Below are positions 57,698 through 64,000 of a stretch of DNA of 64,000 nucleotides, one piece after another; positions within the stretch are counted from its first letter, which is position 1, and each line of letters starts with the position of its first letter. Source of the stretch: an uncultured bacterium. Its GTDB lineage: Bacteria; Planctomycetota; UBA8108; UBA1146. The stretch is from contig CAJXMG010000006.1 of the NCBI GenBank assembly GCA_913056395.1, positions 34,408 through 98,407 of the forward strand, read 5' to 3'. The notes beneath the pieces were generated by a model, which had not been told where the DNA came from, searched no databases, and saw only the letters and a program-made list of their open reading frames with translations. Both the position numbers and the translations under genes were made by a program.

Positions 57698-59194
57698 ATG
57701 CTGATCAAAACCCGCCTCCAACTCCTGTTCGCATTTCTGATCATCGTCTTTCTGTCCACTGGTGGATTGATGATTGGAGCGTTGCAGGATCTGGAAAAAG
57801 CGGTGACGGAAGGCTCTTCGGGAAGATTGCGTTTGATCCAATCGGGACAGATCCGTGACCAGGTTCTTTCTGCGAGTGCAGAGGTGGAAGATCTCGCCAA
57901 CTGGAACGCTGAAGACCGAAATCGATTTTTTGGGCTGCTCGATTCGTGCAAAGAGACGATCCAGCAGATGCGTCTCGGACTGACTGGAGATAATGATCCC
58001 CTGAAAGGAACGATTGAGTCCCTTTCCAGACCTGTAACCGATTTCGGTCGAGCTGTGACCCGTGCACTGAGGTATCTGGATGAAGAAGGGCCGGGTTCCC
58101 GTCGACTGAACCTCCCCAGAAATTGGCTGAAGACCCGATTGATACCGGAGATAACCGAATCACTTCAGGAACTCGAGCAACAACTCCAGTCCCGGTTGGC
58201 AATTTTGGACAAACTCGCTGTCGTCAATTATCAGCGAATCAAGCTCGTCTTTTTGGGTACAGGGGTGGCCCTGATTCTTTTGGGAATTATCTTTTTCTAC
58301 CTGGTTCGCAGATGGATCGTGACACCACTCGAGCTCCTCTCTGCTGCAACACGAGAGATCTCTTCTGGAAAATACGGTGAAACCATTTCCATCACTTCGA
58401 ATAGTGAGATCGGTCAATTGGCCAGAGATGTGGAATCGATGTCGGAAGAAATTTCCAGGGCCCAATCTCAACTGGTTGACCGGGAAAGACTCGCCGCAGT
58501 CGGAGAGATGACCGCCACCATCGCCCACAACATCAGGAATCCACTCGGCAGTATTCGGGCACTGGCCCAGGGTCGATTAAGATCAGACGGAGGCTCTGAT
58601 CCTGATATGTCGATGAAGACGATCCTCGAAACGGTGGATCGTGCAGACAGGTGGCTGAAAGACCTTCTGAAGGGGTTGAAGCCGATTCAGCTGACCTACG
58701 CCGAAGCGCAACTGCACTCACGGCTTCCCGCATTATGCGAAGCGGTCTCAGGATATGCCGATAAAAGGCAGGTGAGCGTAAATTGCCAAATCACCGGAAC
58801 CCTTCCCGCTGCCAGAATTGATGAACGAAAAATCGAGCAATCGATTCTTGTACTCCTGAATAATGCGATTGAGTCCTGTAATCCCGGCGGTGTGGTATCA
58901 TTGACCGGAGGAAGTAGCGGTAATGAAATTTTCATCGAAGTGCAAGACGATGGCCACGGAATGTCGGCAGAGGTTCTTGCCCAACTTTTCAAACCCTACT
59001 TCACCACCAAGAAATCCGGCCTTGGTTTGGGGCTCTCCCTAACCCAAAGGATTGTCGTTGGGCACGGTGGGAAAATCGAAGTGGAGTCGGAATCCGGAAA
59101 AGGCAGTCGCTTCCTGGTAACGATTCCCACCGATTCACAAAATGCCTCCGAACCGAAAGGAACAGAACATGGCACAAATTCTGATCCTCGATGA
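57698..59194 (+). CDS. Sensor histidine kinase (2 TM, HAMP, HisKA, HATPase_c).
   Basis: H-box MTATIAHNIRNPLGSI, N-box LLNNAIESCNPGG, G-boxes DDGHGM and GLGLGLSLTQRIVVGHGGKIEV. TM helix LFAFLIIVFLSTGGLMIGAL and a second at ~aa 190. Confidence 0.8.
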   Translation: MLIKTRLQLLFAFLIIVFLSTGGLMIGALQDLEKAVTEGSSGRLRLIQSGQIRDQVLSASAEVEDLANWNAEDRNRFFGLLDSCKETIQQMRLGLTGDNDPLKGTIESLSRPVTDFGRAVTRALRYLDEEGPGSRRLNLPRNWLKTRLIPEITESLQELEQQLQSRLAILDKLAVVNYQRIKLVFLGTGVALILLGIIFFYLVRRWIVTPLELLSAATREISSGKYGETISITSNSEIGQLARDVESMSEEISRAQSQLVDRERLAAVGEMTATIAHNIRNPLGSIRALAQGRLRSDGGSDPDMSMKTILETVDRADRWLKDLLKGLKPIQLTYAEAQLHSRLPALCEAVSGYADKRQVSVNCQITGTLPAARIDERKIEQSILVLLNNAIESCNPGGVVSLTGGSSGNEIFIEVQDDGHGMSAEVLAQLFKPYFTTKKSGLGLGLSLTQRIVVGHGGKIEVESESGKGSRFLVTIPTDSQNASEPKGTEHGTNSDPR

Positions 59195-60554
59195 TGAGAT
59201 TCCACTTCTTCAATCCCTCACCCTGGAATTGGGCAGAGGAGGCCATCGATGCCTTCCTGCAGAAACAGGAGCAGAGGCACTGAGGATCATCAAATCCGAA
59301 TCCATCGATATGGCCATCCTTGACGTTCAGTTGCCTGACATCGACGGATTGGAAGTCCTTCGAAGTCTTCGTCAGGAGCTCCCTGAAGTGCCCGTTCTCA
59401 TGGTCACTGCTTTCGCTTCTGTAGACAGTGCTGTTGAGGCGATGAAAGAAGGTGCCCTCGACTATCTGGAAAAGCCTCTGGATCTCGAAGAACTGAATCT
59501 GGTTGTCGAAAGAGAGCTTGAAAACGCTGAAATGAGAAGGCTTGTTGGAGCTCACGAGAGGGTCTCAGCACTCAGTGAACGCAAGACCATCGTCGGTGAA
59601 TGCGCCCCCATTCAACAGGTTCTTGAGGTCGTCGAGCAACTTTCCCAGATCCCCATCGACAAAGCGGCAGAGTTACCCACCGTGTTGATCGGTGGAGAAA
59701 CCGGTGTCGGCAAAGACCTTCTTGCCCGATACATTCATGAAAAAGGCAGTCTGTCCAGATTCCCTTTCCTGCAGGTGAACTGCAGCGGACTCCCCAAGGA
59801 CTTGATTGAAAGTGAACTTTTCGGACACGAGAAGGGCTCATTTACCGGTGCATCCCAACAAAAACAGGGACTCTTTGAAGTAGCTGCTGGTGGCACCATA
59901 TTTCTCGACGAGATCGGTGACATGCCCCTTGAGATGCAGACCAAACTCTTGAATGTCCTCGAAACGAAAAAGGTTCGCAGGGTCGGCGGCACCCGTGAAT
60001 ATTCCGCTGACGTCAGAATCATTGCCGCGACAAACCAGAATCTGGAACAGGCCTCCAGAGATGGCTCCTTCAGGTCAGACCTCTACTATCGCTTGAAGGT
60101 CGTCTCTATCACACTCCCGGCCCTGCGAGACCGGGGTGCTGACCTCGACCTGCTGGTTGATCACTTTGTGGATATTCACGCGAAAAGATACCGCAAGGAT
60201 CACCTCCAGATTCCAGACTCTGTCCGTGAGGAGCTCAGAAGTTACAGTTGGCCAGGAAATGTTCGGGAGTTGGCTCACACCATCGAGAGGATGGTCCTGA
60301 TCTCATCCGGGGACACCTTGGCTTCACCCGCTCTCAATCTCCAGGGTGAAGGGGCTGTGGTCGTCAGAGGTCCCATGGCTCTCGAAGACATTCAATTCGA
60401 CTTCGAAAAGGATTCGTGCACTCTTGCAGAGGTGGAGACTCACCTGATTCAACAAGCTCTCGATTTTAAGGATGGAAATGTATCGGAAGTCGCCAGGTTG
60501 CTGGGCCTGACCCGAGGGGCACTCCGTCACCGGCTCGACAAGCGCGGTTTATAG
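59169..60554 (+). CDS. Sigma-54-dependent response regulator (NtrC family: REC, AAA+ sigma-54 activator, Fis-type HTH).
   Basis: REC ILILDDE...DMAILDVQLPDIDG. Walker A GETGVGKDLLARYIH. GAFTGA-like ESELFGHEKGSFTGA. C-terminal HTH EVARLLGLTRGALRHRL. Start at ATG 59169 overlaps the kinase end. Confidence 0.85.
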   Translation: MAQILILDDEIPLLQSLTLELGRGGHRCLPAETGAEALRIIKSESIDMAILDVQLPDIDGLEVLRSLRQELPEVPVLMVTAFASVDSAVEAMKEGALDYLEKPLDLEELNLVVERELENAEMRRLVGAHERVSALSERKTIVGECAPIQQVLEVVEQLSQIPIDKAAELPTVLIGGETGVGKDLLARYIHEKGSLSRFPFLQVNCSGLPKDLIESELFGHEKGSFTGASQQKQGLFEVAAGGTIFLDEIGDMPLEMQTKLLNVLETKKVRRVGGTREYSADVRIIAATNQNLEQASRDGSFRSDLYYRLKVVSITLPALRDRGADLDLLVDHFVDIHAKRYRKDHLQIPDSVREELRSYSWPGNVRELAHTIERMVLISSGDTLASPALNLQGEGAVVVRGPMALEDIQFDFEKDSCTLAEVETHLIQQALDFKDGNVSEVARLLGLTRGALRHRLDKRGL

Positions 60555-60563
60555 TCAGGAGAT

Positions 60564-60593
60564 TGGCCAAATATCGCCCCTGATGGCCAAATA
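60564..60593 (+). promoter_or_regulatory. Direct repeats (T/A)TGGCCAAATA x2, with a related GGCTATAAATGGCCAGG at 60623..60639. Candidate upstream activator sequence for the adjacent NtrC-like regulator.
   Basis: ttggccaaata (60564) and atggccaaata (60583) lie about 170-190 bp upstream of the candidate sigma-54 promoter. Confidence 0.3.
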
Positions 60594-60757
60594 CAACCAA
60601 CCCTGAACCTGCATTTCCCCGATGGCTATAAATGGCCAGGCGGGAGAGCCCATACACCTCTTCGAACGCCCTCCCAACAAATCCTAAGCCTCACCATATT
60701 AGGGCTTTAGGACATCCCAACCAGTCTCCAATGATTTACAATCCATACCAAGTGTTT

Positions 60758-60773
60758 ATGGACTCATATTTGC
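60758..60773 (+). promoter_or_regulatory. Candidate sigma-54 (-24/-12) promoter for the glycosyltransferase cluster.
   Basis: TGGactcatatTTGCg has GG and GC elements with the canonical TGG-N8-TTGC spacing. It lies about 20-45 bp upstream of the possible starts of the 60795 gene and directly downstream of a sigma-54 activator gene. Confidence 0.4.
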
Positions 60774-60794
60774 GACGTATTCATTTACATTCAT

Positions 60795-62102
60795 TTGAAT
60801 ACCTCGATTGGAAGATCCATGACCTCGGCGAAGAGTGATTCCCCTGCTTTAAGGGACTCCCCCTCCAAACCCCTGCGAAGAGTGGCTTTTTATAGCCATG
60901 ATGGGTTTGGACTGGGTCATTTTCGCCGTTGCCTTCTCCTCGCCTCCCGTATCCAGGAACATCTCGAAGCGGTCGAAATATTGCTGATCACCGGCTCTGC
61001 CAAGGCCACATTTTTCAAACTGCCCCCCCGTTGCCGTGTTGCAGTGATGGAACCCATGACCAAGGATTCCTCCGGTGAATACATCCCTCGAAATCCGCAG
61101 ATCGACACACTTACCGCATTCCGTCGCCGCCGAGACAAACTTCGCAAAGAGATCCTCGAGTTCGACCCTGACCTGCTCATCGTCGATCACGTTCCTACAG
61201 GGTTGAGTGGAGAGCTGATCCCACTCCTGCCTGATCTGAAAGTACGTGGCACCCAACTCGCAATAGGATTGCGGGACATCATCGACGAAAGTGAGACCGT
61301 ACAACAGTCTTGGAAAAAATCCGGGGCCAATCTCCTCGTCGAATCTCTCTATGACCATATTTGGGTCTACGGAAGTAAAGCCGTCTTTGATTTGGGCAAG
61401 CTTTACAACTTGAGCGAAACCACGAATCAACGAATCGATTATCTCGGCTATCTGAAAAGAATCAGTCTGTCAAAACTGCATACGGACTTCATCGACTCCC
61501 TCCCGTTAAGAAGAAATTCCCAAAAGAAAATCGTATGTGTTGCGGGAGGTGGCGAAGATGGAAATCCACTTGGAGAAACCTTTCTCCAAACACTGAGTAA
61601 TTTTCCAAACAAGTATGTGGGAACTCTGGTAACTGGCCCACACCTTGACAGAGTCGATGCCAGAAATCTGATCGACCGATTCCATCAGTACAACAACCTT
61701 GAGATAATGCGATTCACAACCCACCTTGAAGATCATCTGAGAGCCGCTGACGTTATCGTCTCCATGGGTGGCTACAATGCGACTCTCGAAGCGATCGCTG
61801 TCCGCAAGCCGACTATCATCATTCCCAGGGTTTCTCCCAGAAAAGAACAGTGGATCAGAGCCCAGAAGTTTTCGCAGAAGGGCCTGATCAACATGATCCA
61901 CCCCGATGAATTGACCACTGAAAAGCTGCTGGAAGCGATTGAAACAGGTCTTGAATCCCCCCATTTGAAAACCGTGGAAGAATTGGGACTCAACATGGAC
62001 GGAATCGGCAACTTTTTATCCAGAGTTGACGAAATCCTTTCAACCACGATCCGCAAAAGGAAAGAAGAAGACGATGTCAATGACACCCTCCTCAGAGCAT
62101 GA
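60795..62102 (+). CDS. Glycosyltransferase (GT-B fold, COG4671/UDP-glycosyltransferase-like).
   Basis: VAFYSHDGFGLGHFRRCLLLASRI is a Gly-rich N-terminal motif typical of this predicted glycosyltransferase group. C-terminal GGYNATLEAIAVRKPTIIIP is a GT-B C-domain motif. Confidence 0.55.
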   Translation: MNTSIGRSMTSAKSDSPALRDSPSKPLRRVAFYSHDGFGLGHFRRCLLLASRIQEHLEAVEILLITGSAKATFFKLPPRCRVAVMEPMTKDSSGEYIPRNPQIDTLTAFRRRRDKLRKEILEFDPDLLIVDHVPTGLSGELIPLLPDLKVRGTQLAIGLRDIIDESETVQQSWKKSGANLLVESLYDHIWVYGSKAVFDLGKLYNLSETTNQRIDYLGYLKRISLSKLHTDFIDSLPLRRNSQKKIVCVAGGGEDGNPLGETFLQTLSNFPNKYVGTLVTGPHLDRVDARNLIDRFHQYNNLEIMRFTTHLEDHLRAADVIVSMGGYNATLEAIAVRKPTIIIPRVSPRKEQWIRAQKFSQKGLINMIHPDELTTEKLLEAIETGLESPHLKTVEELGLNMDGIGNFLSRVDEILSTTIRKRKEEDDVNDTLLRA

Positions 62103-63336
62103 CCAGCCTCTCAAGGTCGGATACATCCTTAAGATGTTTCCCAGACTCTCTGAGACCTTCATTCTCAATGAAATTCTCGAACTTGAGAGACAGGGCGTTG
62201 AAGTTGAAGTCTTCAGCCTGATGGCTCCTGGTGATGGCAGGTTCCATGGCAGTCTCAGTGAACTGAAATTGACCATTGAGTACGTTCTCAGAGAAAAGCC
62301 TGAGAGCTATTGGGACAAGGTGTCCAAGTTTCCTCCTGGCGTCGTCCCGAGCATGGATCGCTGGCAACGTGCAGTCGACTTTCTTCGTGAACACGCCATT
62401 CCCAAAGAACTCGATATGCTTCTGAGAGCCGTATACATCGGTGCAGAAGCGCGCATGCGCGGCGTGCAACATTTCCACGCACATTTCGCCACCATTTCGA
62501 CTCGAATGGCAGCGTTGGTGAACATCCTCTACGACATTCCCTTCTCCTTCACATGTCATGCCAAGGACATCTTCCGTGAAACGGTCAACAGAAACCTGTT
62601 CAGAGAGCTCACGGATCTTTCCGCATTCTCTATCACGGTGAGTGACTTCAATCGTCAATACATCCTTGACCACACTCCGGGAATTGATGCAGACAAAGTG
62701 AAGCGGCTCTACAACGGTATCAATATGGATTTCTTTGAAGTTCCAGCAGACCGTAGTCCTCTTAATTCCAAGCCCACAAAGATCATCAGCGTTGGTCGCC
62801 TTGTGCCAAAAAAGGGTTTCGACATTCTTCTGCAATCCATCAAGCTCCTCTCGGAGGAAGGAATGGACCTGCAAGTCGACATTATTGGCGATGGTGATGA
62901 TCAGGAAAAACTGCATCAAATGAATCAAAGACTTGGGTTGAGTGACAAGGTGCGATTCCTTGGTGCACTCCCCATTGAGGAAGTTCGACGTCATTGCTCA
63001 GAAGCAACAATGATGGCTTTGGCATGCATTCCTGATGCAGATGGAAACATGGATGCACTGCCCACTGTTCTTCTGGAGGCTCTCGCATTGGATTTGCCTG
63101 CGGTGTCAACAACCTTGACCGGTTGCCCCGAGATTCTTGCAGAAGGAACAGGAGAATTGGTCGAGCCCGGTGACGCCAGAGCTCTTGCAGATGGGATCAA
63201 GTCACTGAAAAGCCGTGTGGATTCTAAAGAATGGAAAATTGGATCTGCGAGGAGCAGGGCAGAAAACCTCTTCAATCTGTCAACCAACGTTGCAACCCTC
63301 AAATCCCACTTTGAAAACAGTGCACGTCGGGGGTAA
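62074..63336 (+). CDS. GT4-family glycosyltransferase (WcaL-like).
   Basis: N-terminus LKVGYILKMFPRLSETFILNEI is typical of this GT4 subgroup. C-terminal GRLVPKKGFDILLQSI and ...LEALALDLPAVST (E-x7-E-like). Start at ATG 62074 or 62080, overlapping the upstream gene. Confidence 0.75.
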   Translation: MSMTPSSEHDQPLKVGYILKMFPRLSETFILNEILELERQGVEVEVFSLMAPGDGRFHGSLSELKLTIEYVLREKPESYWDKVSKFPPGVVPSMDRWQRAVDFLREHAIPKELDMLLRAVYIGAEARMRGVQHFHAHFATISTRMAALVNILYDIPFSFTCHAKDIFRETVNRNLFRELTDLSAFSITVSDFNRQYILDHTPGIDADKVKRLYNGINMDFFEVPADRSPLNSKPTKIISVGRLVPKKGFDILLQSIKLLSEEGMDLQVDIIGDGDDQEKLHQMNQRLGLSDKVRFLGALPIEEVRRHCSEATMMALACIPDADGNMDALPTVLLEALALDLPAVSTTLTGCPEILAEGTGELVEPGDARALADGIKSLKSRVDSKEWKIGSARSRAENLFNLSTNVATLKSHFENSARRG

Positions 63337-63341
63337 TCAGG

Positions 63342-64000
63342 TATGAATCTGAAGAACTTCTCCTATATATGCGCCGACCCGGGGATTCCTGTCCCCGGTC
63401 AAAAGGGAGCCAGCATTCATGTGGCTTCCATTTGCAAGGCGTTCAGCCAACTTGGCTTGGGAGGAGATCTCTACACAATTCGACCTGAAGGAGAAAAACT
63501 TGGCACGATTCCAATTCATGCCATGGAACTCCCCCCCCGCAAAAAACACAAATCGGTCGAAGAAAGAGAAAGCCGTCTTTTTCTCTCCAGGCTCGACAAC
63601 ATCGATGAAATTCACGATTTCGTATACGAGCGATACAGCCTCTGGCACCCGGGTGGTCTTTATCTGGCAAGGAAACATCAGGTTCCCTTCGTATTGGAGG
63701 TGAACAGCCCACTCGCACTGGAGTCCAAAAAATACAGGCAGCTCGCCAATGAGAATCTGGCCACAGGCCTCTCTCGTCTGCTTCTCAGGGAAGCAGACGT
63801 GGTCGTCTGTGTTTCAAAAGAAATTCAGGACTGGGTGGTGTCAGAAAGAGGCCACCACGAGGGTGTGCTTTTGGTCCCCAATGGTGTCGATCAGGACGTC
63901 TTCAAACCTTCGACAACACAACGTCCCGATTCACTGCCCCCTGAAAACGTTCCCCTGATTGGGTTCACCGGCACCTTCAGGCCATGGCATGGAATCCAGG
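63342..64000 (+). CDS. GT4-family glycosyltransferase, 3'-truncated by the window end.
   Basis: ATG at 63342 gives MNLKNFSYICADPGIPVPGQKGASIHVASICKAFSQLGLGGDLY..., a Glyco_trans_4-like N-domain. Open to the window end. Not in the ORF track because there is no stop. Confidence 0.6.

Noticed and set aside
62092-62994. 300-aa minus-strand ORF inside the GT4 glycosyltransferase gene.
   Set aside because: It is antisense to a gene with a clear GT4 N- and C-terminal signature and has no recognisable features.

Overview
GC-rich bacterial chromosomal window, dense with secreted-protein genes and with no transposase or integrase. Gene content points to a Planctomycetota-like aquatic bacterium: many dockerin/thrombospondin-type-3 calcium-binding proteins, CRTAC1/FG-GAP proteins, a MoxR-DUF58-VWA operon and a sigma-54 two-component system. 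This taxonomy is inferred, not established. Housekeeping content: a phosphate porin followed by a complete pstSCAB-phoU operon, pdxH, a DEAD-box helicase, an OYE flavin reductase, a THUMP RNA methyltransferase, a DUF255 thioredoxin-domain protein, and tRNA-Arg(TCT) and tRNA-Pro(GGG), both on the minus strand. The most striking signal is a ~70-90 aa dockerin-like module shared by nine unrelated secreted proteins. Consensus: F-R-R-G-D-x-N-x-D-G-x-x-D-I-S-D-x-I-x-x-L-x-Y-L-F ... N-D-D-G-x-x-x-I-A-D-A-V-x-L-L ... P-Y-P-x-C-G-x-D-P ... C. Carriers are a penicillin-acylase-family Ntn hydrolase (module N-terminal), a di-haem cytochrome c peroxidase, an endonuclease-I DNase, a 1484-aa S8 subtilase, a 1517-aa LTD/TSP3-repeat giant protein, a CarboxypepD_reg-repeat protein, a 553-aa TSP3-repeat protein and two proteins with no recognisable catalytic domain. 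This looks like an unrecognised surface-display or sorting system; no cohesin partner is visible in the window. Further points: an FG-GAP/CRTAC1-like gene split by a single in-frame TGA; a MoxR-DUF58-VWA operon with a 950-aa unknown secreted protein between MoxR and DUF58; a sensor kinase plus NtrC-family regulator directly upstream of a candidate sigma-54 promoter (TGG-N8-TTGC) and direct repeats in front of a glycosyltransferase cluster that runs off the window end; and large intragenic tandem repeats (TSP3, Ig-like, CarboxypepD_reg) that create long spurious antisense ORFs. No CRISPR array was seen.
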